DNA of 64,000 nucleotides from Octopus sinensis (lineage: Eukaryota). Of this stretch, positions 12,386 through 23,281 are shown in pieces. Position 1 is the first letter of the stretch; each line of letters begins with the position of its first letter. Location of the stretch: assembly GCF_006345805.1 (NCBI RefSeq), contig NC_043018.1, positions 11,222,001-11,286,000 on the forward strand. The letters run 5' to 3'. A program made the translations under genes and the position numbers. The notes beneath the pieces were generated by a model, which was given only the letters and a program-made list of their open reading frames with translations, did not search any database and was not told the origin of the DNA.

Positions 12386-13879
12386 TCGTCCCATTGCCTG
12401 ACTGGTAGAAGGGTTGTGGGCACCTGACGACATTCTAGGTGCCAGGTGCCCAATCTTAGTCTTTCCTTCACCCTGGACTGCAATTCCATCAAGTAAATTA
12501 GAAGGTCAACCAAGATGCCATGCCATGGGATTGAATCTGGGACCATGTGGTTAGGAAGTAAACTTCTTACCACACAGCCATGCCTGTGCCTATATTATAG
12601 GTTCCTTTCAGTTTCTATCTGCCAAATTCCCTTAATAACTAATTCTTTTTGTATGCCATTAAAATGACTTTTAAATGTTATCAACAAACAACAGTGCTCC
12701 TCCACCTTTTTTTTTTGTTCTTTTTTAACCCCAGTTCAACTCTGATGAAAGATATTCTATCTATGACCAACCAGTCTTATATTCAGACTACATTACACAA
12801 TACATGTAGAATATGATTTGAGGGTTGTTTGTTATTTCTGTTCTCCTTTGTTTTCCTGTTTTTGAACACACACATTTGATATAACAATATTGGCTCATTT
12901 ACACATGTTTCACCACCACCACCACCTCTGCCAAACGTGTTACCACCACTACCTCTGCCTTTACCAACGCATCACCACCTTCCTAACACAACATCACTGC
13001 TATCTCCAGTGCTACCACCACCACTAACTATTATCCACCCCACCCCCGTAATTCCTGGATTCACATATAGGCCATATATTTAGTGTTTTGTTTTCTAATT
13101 TTGAATTTGTTTTTTTTTCTTTGTTGTATTTAAAAAACAAAAACAATGCAACATTCATTATGTAGTGTTTGTTTTTTTCCCCCGTTTGTTGCAGACTGTT
13201 GCTATTGTTGTTTAGTATACATTGTGAGAAATAATGGTTCAGTTCCATTGTTGTAGTGACATACATACTAAGATAGATAAAAAGTGTGTGTATAGAAAGA
13301 GCAAGTGCATACGTGTGCACGTGTTGCGTATGTATGTATGTGAAAGCAAAGGTTAGCCATCACTCACAAGCGAGCAGGACCTAGTAGCTTGTAACATGCT
13401 TTCCCTACTTGTTTTAGGCTCCTGTGTAGCTGCAAAAAGACATAGACACTGTTCAGTCCTCCTCCAATTGACCTAGTTGAATACTGAGGATGTGACAGCT
13501 AGTGAGATAGAGAGCTATGGGAACTGGGTGGTTGATACACAGGATATCCCACTTACAGTTGGTTTTAAACTCCTTTATTATAAATTCATTATCAGCAACA
13601 AAAGCAGTATTAGTTTAGGATAGCAGTCTGTATACCTTAATTAATGTATATATACTGTAAAAAAGCCACAATACTGCAGTATTTGTCTTGAGAAAGCATT
13701 TCATATAGATGTATTGTGCTAAAACGCTACTGATATTTCTCTGTTTTTCAGCACTATACATCTGTATGAGCTGCTTTATCAAGACAAATGCTGTAGTACT
13801 GTGGATTTCTTTCAGTATATCTTTGTTAAATAAGATATACAAATTGTTGTTGTTTCATTATAATCTAGAGAACTACTAG

Positions 13880-14052
13880 AGAAAGCTGGGGCGAAAGAGT
13901 ACAACAGGGGTCACTACCACCCCCTGCCAGAGCCTCGTGGAGCTTTAGGTGTTTTCACTCAATAAACACACACAATGCCCAGTTTGGGAATCGAAACCAC
14001 GATCCCCCGACCGCGAGTCCGCTTTCCTAACCACTGGGCCATTGCACCTCCA
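13880..14052 (-). mobile_element. tRNA-Arg(TCG)-derived SINE
   Basis: Minus strand ggtgcaatggcccagtggttagg...gcggactcgcggtc...gtttcgattccc, followed by a non-tRNA body; same head at 48718 (+). Confidence 0.8.
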
Positions 14053-14089
14053 CTTTAATTAATAGTTCAAACAATATATCAAAAGTGTT

Positions 14090-15370
14090 TATTCATCAAA
14101 ATATAACCCATCAAATTCTACTGTCTGTTGTCATTGTTGTGCCAGAAGCTCAATTCCTTGCTTATACCATTTGACTGGTTTACTGGTAAAAACACTCCCC
14201 ACACCTGTTTTTAACCTCGTTCACATTGTTGAACCTCCATCTATGCAGGAAATGAGCCATGGTTCAGAAAAGGCAGTAATCTGATGATGCAAGCTCTGGA
14301 CTGTTGGGAGGGTGAGGCAGCACTTCCTGCCCCACAGGTTCCTCAAGATTGCACTTGGTTACATTGGTAGTGTGTGCTAGGCATTTCATGCTGCAGGAGT
14401 GCACATCTTTGATTAACCAATGCTGGGTTGTGAGATTTCAAAGCATCATGTATGGTTGTTGAGCATAAAAGTTGGCATTCACAGTAATACCATCTGAGAC
14501 AAGCTCAAAGTGCAACAGCAACACCCATTTGAAATTCTAGTAAACACACAACTTGACCTTGTTCGAACCACACTTAATTAGCAATAAGTTCTGAAGTCTT
14601 CCATAACAAAGCTGATTTCTCTTGTTAGAATTATGAAAATAGATTCATTTTTCATCTCCAGTTACTATTTTGTTTCGTTATTGCCCACAAGGGGCTAAAC
14701 ATAGAGGGGACAAACAAGGACAGACAAAGGGATTAAGTCGATTACATTGACCCCAGAGTATAATTGCTACTTAATTTATTGACCTTGAAAGGATGAAAGG
14801 CAAAGTTGACCTCAGTGGAATTTGAACTCAGAACATAACGGCAGACGAAATACCGCTAAGCATTTCGTCCGGCATGCTAACATTTCTGCCAGCTCACTGC
14901 CTTGTCTCCAGTTACTATTTGACACCAAAAATGGGCATCTCAAGGGTTTGCCAGCAGTTGTCTGCAAAATATTCATACATTGTTGAGCCTGGTTATTGGT
15001 CAGTCCATGAGGAACATCTCATCAGCATCTGTTCACAAGGCAGAGCTTATGGCAATATTGACTGATGGTGCTTTGTGAAAGACCAAGTTCTGCTAACAAT
15101 GTACAAGTGCTTGTGCTTGGCTGTTGAACCATTTCAAATAAGGCTTCATCTTCCACAACAGAAGGTCTCCCTGACCTTGGTTTCTCTTTGAAATTAATGT
15201 CACCTTCCTTATATCCTCTGAACCAGCTTTGTGCCATACATCTGTTGACAGTTCCTGGGCCTTCCACATCATTAATTCCTTTTGCTGCTGTCTTTGAACT
15301 CAGTCCTTTTTTTTTCCCTCAGGTAGCGTAAAATGGCTCTAATTGTAATTTTTTCCACCACTCATTATCA
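14090..15370 (-). mobile_element. Degenerate, near-full-length mariner transposase pseudogene, interrupted by a SINE
   Basis: HTH region WFRGYKEGDINFKEKPRSGRPS (ORF 15022-15267); IVTGDEK*IYFHN across the SINE insertion; EVLPHPPNSPELASSDY and KQGIELLAQQ*QQTVEFDGLYFDE* downstream. Confidence 0.85.
14671..14904 (-). mobile_element. Meta-like SINE (tail type A) with a 16-bp target-site duplication
   Basis: tctccagttactattt at both 14655-14670 and 14905-14920. Confidence 0.9.
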
Positions 15371-15939
15371 AAACTATAAAATAAAGAATAAACAATTTAT
15401 CAACATTTGGGCATCAAGCATGCCTTCATGCTTGTCTCACCATGGTGTCTGACAACCAGTGTTGATTTCTTTATGGCCCTATAACTTGGTAGTTCAGTAA
15501 AAGAGACCAATAAAATAAGTACCAGATTAAAAAAAAATATATATTTACTGCACTCAATTTGTGCAACTAAATCCTTCGAGCCCAGTGATTGAAACAAAAA
15601 TTTATATGCTCACACACACACATCCATACACACACACACACACACTCTTACACACACACACACACATGCTCACAAAGACACACGCACACACACTATGTCC
15701 GTTTTTACAATGACATTAATGTTTGTTAACTTGCCTGTAAGAAGGCCACTGTCCAAACCCACTTTATTGATTTGATATAAAACAAATGGAACACGGTTTA
15801 AATCCATGTAAAGAAGACTTTCTTTATAAGAACACCATTTCCATTGACCATTTATAACCGTCTGCTTTATCATCATCTTCTTTGTCATCATATTTGTGAT
15901 TTATATATACATACATATATATATATATATGTATATGTA

Positions 15940-16760
15940 TAATATGATGATGATAATGTGACATTTGTTGCGATTGTCACCATTGTCAGACATTCGTCTT
16001 CGTTGTCATTGTCATCGTCTCCATTGTCATGACTATTTTTATTGCTGACATCATTGTTTCGTCATTGTATTCAATGTTTGTTAGTAACGACCGTTGTCGT
16101 AGGTTGTTTCCGAGCCATCATCACCGTTCATCATTACAGTTGTCACATACATCACCGTATTCATCTTAGTCATCATCATCATCGTCGTCGTCATCGTCAT
16201 CTCATGTTTGCCATCGGTTAATCTTGAGATGGGGTGGGGGGGTCAGAGGATATCATTATTTAGATCAGTGTTGTCATTGGTTATTACAGCCTCAATCTTC
16301 AACACCACCACCACCACCCCATCACCACGCAAACACACTGCCCACACCATAATTACTACCTTGCATATCTTGGTCACTGCTACTGTCACAGCATAATCAT
16401 TGGTGCCAACATCAATAGCGCCACTATGCCCACCATCTCTAGCACTACCATGCCTGTGTCACTAAAAACCACCATTTCAATGTCGCTAGTACCACTGCCC
16501 TTATCTTGCTAGCACCACTGTGCACCAGTGTTACTAGCACCAGTGTGCACCAGTGTTATTAACATCCCACTCCCAACATTGTTGGCATCACCACCACCAC
16601 CTCCACAATCATTTGCACCACCATGACTGCCACTACCACTTGTACACCGTCACCGCTACATGTACTCTTACCATCACACCACAACCACTATCACCACCAT
16701 TACCATACCACATTCATTACCACCACCACCATCATCATCATCATCGGCATCATTCTCTTC
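15940..16760. repeat. Degenerate trinucleotide low-complexity tract (TCA/TTG, then CAC/CAT)
   Basis: Directly visible; explains the His/Thr-rich ORFs. Confidence 0.85.
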
Positions 16761-16967
16761 TAATAAGGGAGATTTCTGACTGCATGTTTAACAAATACAA
16801 TGGCAGTGTGTTGAGAACATTGGAAATGAATCCATCAGATAGTAATTACCATGTTCCCTAAGGACCTTCAGTTTTCTAATAAAGTAATTAGCCATGTTAG
16901 TTTTTTAACATTTGCACAACAGACACTTCTAAAGAACACAAAATAATCATCATCATTGCCGTTGTTG

Positions 16968-17007
<40 letters not shown>

Positions 17008-17053
17008 TTGGAGTTACCAGGTTTCGATGTGTCTTTTGCGAGCTCATGTTTAA

Positions 17054-17274
17054 CCCTTTAGCATTTAAACCGGCCATATCCGGCCAGAAGTATTCTGCCT
17101 GTTTTATGTTCAAACTGACCAGATCTGGTCTCTCACACCAACCCTACAATATCGTTTTAAAAATTAACAGCTACCTTATCAAAATCTCATAGCTACAAGA
17201 TAATGCATGATTAGTTCAAAAGAATGTGGATGAATAAGCATTAATTTTGGTGGAATAATGCAAACACTAAAGGG
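17054..17274. mobile_element. piggyBac-type MITE (~220 bp), copy 1 of 5
   Basis: TTAA|ccctttagcatt ... cactaaaggg|TTAA. Confidence 0.85.
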
Positions 17275-17914
17275 TTAAGAGAAAAAAAAGCAATAATGGA
17301 TTACTTTATGAATCAGATGTTGTTTTTTTTTTTTTGTTGTTGCACTTGTTGTCATATACAGAGGAGCCTTTCTTTTAGTATTTTGGTTTCTGCCCATTTA
17401 GTAGAAAAAAAAGACTTTTGCATTTGAATTTTTTTGCTGCCAGATAATTTTTTAAAACAAGGTCTGTAAAAATGATATCCACTAAAGTGGCTGTAGGAGG
17501 AGGAGGAGGCTCTGGCAGAAGTGGTATTATTATCTAACTTGTTCTGCCAACATTCCTGGCTTTTTGTTGTCAACTCTTAGCTGTTTTTATTTTTTTTTAA
17601 AGTTGGGGGTATTTTTATTCCTTTAAACTGTACATAAGAAATGTAAAAAAAAAACACCACCAAATTTTCGTTCAGATAGTTTCATTTGAAGAGGTGAAAA
17701 TAACATTCAGATACTCACACACACACACACACATGTGCACACACATAATGTAGCAGACAACTAAAATAATTTACAGGAAGAACACAAAAGACATACGAAA
17801 GGACACAAACATGCTCTTCTCCTTATCGGTTGTCAAACATCATCACAATTTCACCATGCACATATACATGCATGTGTGTGTGTGTATGTATGTATACTTA
17901 CAAAAATACATGCA

Positions 17915-17956
<42 letters not shown>

Positions 17957-18083
17957 GGATAAGAATATATCTAAAGATATATAACAGATCAGTGCTCAGA
18001 CTGGATCAAATAGAATCTAGACCAACAAGTGTAGGCTACAGGCAATATACCAGTTGGGCGAATGAAAATATAATAAAATATGT

Positions 18084-18124
<41 letters not shown>

Positions 18125-19317
18125 AGGCAGTTTCCATCTACCATTTCCACTCACAAGAAATTGGTTGGCTCAAGGCTATGGTGGAAGGCACTTGCCATTG
18201 GAATTGTGATTGGTCAGTAATCTTCATGTGGAATTTTTGTGGTCAACAAGCCATGGGGTTGTCTTTTGATGCTTCTTGATGCTGTGTAGTGAATGGTTGG
18301 AACCAGTTCACCTTAGCCCAGGTGAACATTAACTAAACCCAGTACATTACAATCTCTGACCTACAAATGAGTTCTCCATATTCTATCCATCCTAATGCTT
18401 TTATGATAGAATCAGTTAATCTGAACTTGCTTTCACAAATGAATTTTGTTGAAGCAAATCCTTTTTTCCAAATTTACTGAATATTTGAAGATAATAGCCA
18501 CAGGCGTGGTTGTGTTGTCAAAAAGTTTACTTCCCAGCCACAGAGTTTCATGTTCAGTTCACTGTGGGGAGCAAATGACATATACTATACAAATGACATG
18601 TACTATAGCCCTAGGTCAAGCAAAGCCTTATGAATGGATTTGGTTGATGGAAACTAAAAGAAACCCATTGTGTGTATGTATGTGTGTGTGTGTGAGAGCA
18701 TGTGAAAATTTGTGCCTCCTTGTCTTGACATTGCATCATAGTTGTAAACAAGTGTCACTTTCATACAAGCCGTGTCGTTCATTTCCAGTATTGCATAAAA
18801 ACATGTCTGGTAAAGGGTAAATATTACCTTGCTTGGAAACAAGTGGGGGCTGGTGATAGGAAGGGCATCCAGCTGTAAAACATCTGCCTCAGTAAACTCT
18901 GGCCGACCCATGCAAGCATGGAAAAGTAGATGTTAAAATGATGATTAATCCTATGCAGATTCTCATTTAACTACCCTTAGGTGGATTCTAATGATAAGCA
19001 GTGACTTTTTGTTTTTTAATGCTGAAGTATGAATAAGATTGACTGCAAATGAGAGGTGTCAACCAGTTTATCAAATCCCTGTTCTTTAACCCTGAGATCA
19101 GCTTTGGTCAGAGGCGTTACAGCTATAATTAGGTCAGGGACTATAAATTGTCATATATCCTTCTTTTAAAGATAATAGGGTGTGATTTGAGGGAAATCTA
19201 GCTGCTATTTCTAATAGGCCAAGCAGCTACCTAAAGACTCTTGTCTCACAGCCATGTAGTACAATGAAAACTTTTGCTGTTTGTTCTTGTTCAATTTTGT
19301 TTGAGTTAATCTCCCAG

Positions 19318-19534
19318 GAAAGGTCTGTTAGTGAAGACAGATTAAATTTGTTCTGGAAGAGAAAGCAAGCTTGATACTTCGAGACTAATTAATTTGTTTC
19401 TGCCGTTGTCTTCTGTGAATGGAATGTTGTTCTTAGATGCTTTTGTGCTTGACCAGTTGGATTGCAGATTAGTGGATAGCACTGAAGTCAGTCGTTTCAT
19501 TTATCTTCTGTGATTCAATCAAAACACAACGAAG
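19318..19534 (+). other. Candidate non-coding (5'-UTR) exon, possibly of RNF41
   Basis: Unique sequence between a pyrimidine-rich acceptor (ttgtttgagttaatctcccag|G) and a strong donor (GAAG|gtgaga); stops in all three frames; no transcript evidence. Confidence 0.35.
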
Positions 19535-20164
19535 GTGAGAAATAGCTCTGACATGTGGGTGTAGGTAGTTGTTTTTTAAAAAAAATTTTTGTTTACATGG
19601 GACTGCTTATAAATTTTAAGGTGGTATTGATCAAGTGATTAAGGCACATAACAGTGCATATTGTGTTTTTGAGTTCAAATCTTATTCGTACAAATATAAT
19701 GATGTTTCTGTGAGCAGAGCACAAAATTCTGCTTCCTACAGTTTACTTGAATTATTCCACCAAAAAAAAAAAACCTTCTCTGACTTCACAGTTGGTTGGT
19801 AACCAGTTGCTCCAAGCATGGAAAAAATGTTTTACAGTAAATAAGTATATATAAAACCTAAAAAAAAAAATTAATTTAACCAGGACTTTTCTTTTATATG
19901 TCTTATGTAGCTGATGTGAGGATGATGATGCATATCTAATTGTGCACATATCACCAGCATAATAAAAAAAATTCAAATTTAAAAAATCACCTGAATATTT
20001 AGGGGTCGTAGTTTGTGATACCAAAATGTGAACTGAACTGCTGACTCCTTGCCACTCCACATTTAGTCATCCCTCCCAAATAACCAGATAGATAGGCCCA
20101 GAACAACACAACAGCAATCTTAACACTTACCACTCATTTCTAACAAACATGAAAACTATGGCGT

Positions 20165-20344
20165 AAGGGCAGCTGAGTGGTAAGTAGCTTGCTTACCAAC
20201 CACATGGTTCCGGGTTCAGTCCCACTGCATGGCACCTTGGGCAAGTGACTTCTACTATAGCCTCAGGCTAACCAAAGCCTTGTGAGTGGATTTGGTAGAC
20301 AGAAACTGAAAGAAGCCTGTCGTATACATGAATATATATATATG

Positions 20345-20393
<49 letters not shown>

Positions 20394-20642
20394 GTATGGA
20401 AAACGGACGCTAAACGATGATGATGATGATGATGATGTATATGTTTGTGTGTCTGTGTTTATCCCCCCAACATCGCTTGACAACCAATGCTGGTGTGTTT
20501 ATATCCCCGTAACCTAGCGGTTCAGCAAAAGAGACTGATAGAATAAGTACTAGGCTCACAAAGAGTAAGTCCTGGGGTCGAATTGCTTGACTAAAGGTGG
20601 TGCTCCAGCATGGCCACAGTCAAATTACTGAAACAAGTAAAA
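20165..20642 (+). mobile_element. CORE-type SINE with a small RTE tail inside its internal microsatellite
   Basis: Head and CORE (ggcaccttgggcaagtgacttc), (TA)n, ggaaaacggacgctaaacgatgatgat at 20398-20438, then the SINE tail. Confidence 0.85.
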
Positions 20643-21599
20643 AAAGGAGCATGAACATGAGAAATATCATTCATATTTGCCTCAAATTAATTCCATCATT
20701 AAAATTTTGTGTCCTTATTCCATGCTGAGATGGATAGGACAGTTTGACAGGATCCAACAATCTCGAGAACTAGATTATGCTCCATAATCAACTCTTAACT
20801 CTGACACGGTTTCTACAACTGGATGCCCTTCCTAACTCCAACCACTTTACAGTGTGTACTGGGTGCTCTTTCTCTTTTTGTGACACCAGCATCAGTGAGG
20901 TCGCAAAAACCATGGACCTTGACAGAGGTAGCTTTATGCTGGAGCAGAATGATTTCTTGCTGTAGCAGAGCTACATGGCTTTTCACGATTTAGGAGAGAG
21001 GGTGGGGATGATTGAAGTACAACTGAGGAGAGATAAAAATAGTGGTAATGAGGGTGTTTGTGTGGACCCTCATGGTATGAGGTGAATAGGAGGGAATGGG
21101 AAAAATGGAATATATGTTGTCAGAATAAAGATGGGAACAGTGGCGGCATCATCTTTGATTTGGACTCAGCTCAGTCAAAAAATGACCTGGGGCTATATCT
21201 TCATATGTATTTGAATAAAAGACAACCTAAACTACTCCAATATAAACAGGGACCGTCTTTGATCCCTGTTTCACTGACACAATAAGCTACCCCTGGAAAT
21301 GGAGATTTAAAAGAATTTTTTTTTTTTACTGCAATCAGAAGAAATATTGAGCTCTGGCTTAGAACTCCAATCTGTCTTTTAACAATTCTGAAACTGGCTC
21401 TTTTCCAGCTGACCATGTTGTATTTTAGGTCAATAGTTCTTAAACTGCAAAAATAAAATTCATTTAACAAAAATAAAAAAATACAAGCTGAAATTCACGT
21501 TGCTCCAGTTCACCCAGCTGTAGAAATGAAGAAATGAGTTGTGATGTCACTGGTGCCAAACAGTATCACCCTTTGCCTTTTTCTTGGATAACATCGGTG

Positions 21600-23281
21600 A
21601 AGTTCCAGGTGTGGAAGGAGGGATTAGAATCGAGGGGCCTTAGAGTCAACTTAACTAAAACCAAAGTACTAATAAGTAGGAAGGTAGACAAACCACAAAT
21701 GCCATCAGGTAGATTGTCCTGCTCGATCTGTAGAAAAGGTGTAAGTAGAAACTCTATAAGATGTACCCAGTGTAAGCTATGGACACATAAGAGGTGCAGC
21801 AATGTCAAAGGAAGGCTAACTGGGAAGATAGTTTTTGTATGTGGCAGATGCTCAGGAGCAATAAACTCTGAAAATCTGCAGAAAACAACTTCTGTCACTT
21901 TCCAGGGGGAAAAACTAAAAGTAGTTGATAGCTTCCGTTATCTAGGTGACCAAGTCAGTAGTGGGGGTGGGTGTGCTGAAAGTGTAACTGCTAGAGTAAG
22001 AATAGCCTGGGCAAAGTTCAGGGAGCTCTTACCTCTGCTGGTGACTAAAGGCCTCTCACTCAGAGTAAAAGGCAGACTGTATGATGCATGTGTACGAACA
22101 GCCATGCTACATGGCAGTGAAACATGGGCCATGACTGCTGAGGACATGCGTAAGCTCGCGAGGAATGAAGCCAGTATGCTCCGATGGATGTGTAATGTCA
22201 GTGTGCATACTCGACAGTGTTAGTACCTTGAGAGAAATGTTGGACCTAAGAAGCATCAGCTGTGGTGTGCAAGAGAGACGATTGCGCTGGTATGGATGAA
22301 GATAGGTGTGTGAAAAAGTTCCAATCCCTAGCAGTTGAGGGAACCCGTGGAAGAGATAGACCCAGGAAAACCTGGGACGAGGTGGTGAAGCACGACCTTC
22401 GAACTTTAGGCCTCACCAAGGCAATGACCAGCGACCGAGACCTTTGGAAATATGCTGTGTGTGAGAAGACCAGACAGGACAAGTGAGTCCAGCCCACTTA
22501 TGCATGTCTTTCCTCCCTTGGGCACACAAAGACCTGTTGAGGCAAGCGAAGTCGAAATTGAACCTCATCCGACGACAGGCACCCATGCCAACCTCCCTTC
22601 ATTGGACACTAAACTCTGCTTGAGAAGACCTGTTGGGGCAAGTGAAATCGAAATCGGAATCGAAATTGAACCAATCCTATGACTGGCACCCAGCAGTTGC
22701 CAGGACCGCTGGACTGACTCCTGTGCAGGTGGCAAGTGAAGAAACACCATTTCGACCCTGTGCTTGAGGAGATCCATTGAGTCAAGTACACCGACATCAA
22801 AATCAATGGAAACTGCAGTTGTGATCCCTGAGCCGGTGGCACGTAAACAGCACCATCTGAAGGTGGCGATGCCAGCGCCGCCTAGACTGGCTTCCATGCC
22901 GGTGGCACGTAAAAAGCGCTATCCGAATCGTGGCCGATGCCAGCGTCGTCTCGACTGGCTTCCGTGCCGGTGGCACGTAAAAAGCACCATCCGAATCGTG
23001 GCCGATGCCAGTGCCGCCTCGACTGGCTTCCGTGCTGGTGGCACGTAAAATGCACCAATCCGACCGTGGCCGTTGCCAGCCTCACCTGGCACCTGTGCAG
23101 TTGGCACGTAAAAAGCACCCACTACACTCACGGAGTGGTTAGCGTTAGGAAGAGCATCCAGCTGTAGAAACACTGCCAGATCAGACTGGAGCCTGGTGCA
23201 GCCTTCTGGCTTCCCAGATCCCCAGTCGAACCATCCAAACCATGCTAGCATGGAGAACGGACGTTAAACGATGATGATGAT
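21600..23281 (+). mobile_element. 5'-truncated RTE-clade LINE: post-RT ORF portion with PHD-like finger, long 3' UTR and (GAT)n tail
   Basis: ORF 21534-22223: WKEGLESRGLRVNLTKTKVL...FRYLGDQV...KGRLYDACVRTAMLHGSETW; continues frameshifted (22262-22486) as GRDRPRKTWDEVVKHDL...DRDLWK. Confidence 0.93.
22832..23120 (+). repeat. Tandem array of 63-68-bp units in the RTE 3' UTR
   Basis: The gccggtggcacgtaaa motif recurs at 22832, 22898, 22966, 23034 and 23097. Confidence 0.9.

Noticed and set aside
22832-23120. CRISPR-like regularly spaced repeats
   Set aside because: Whole units are homologous, with no unique spacers; the array lies in a LINE 3' UTR in a eukaryotic genome with no cas genes
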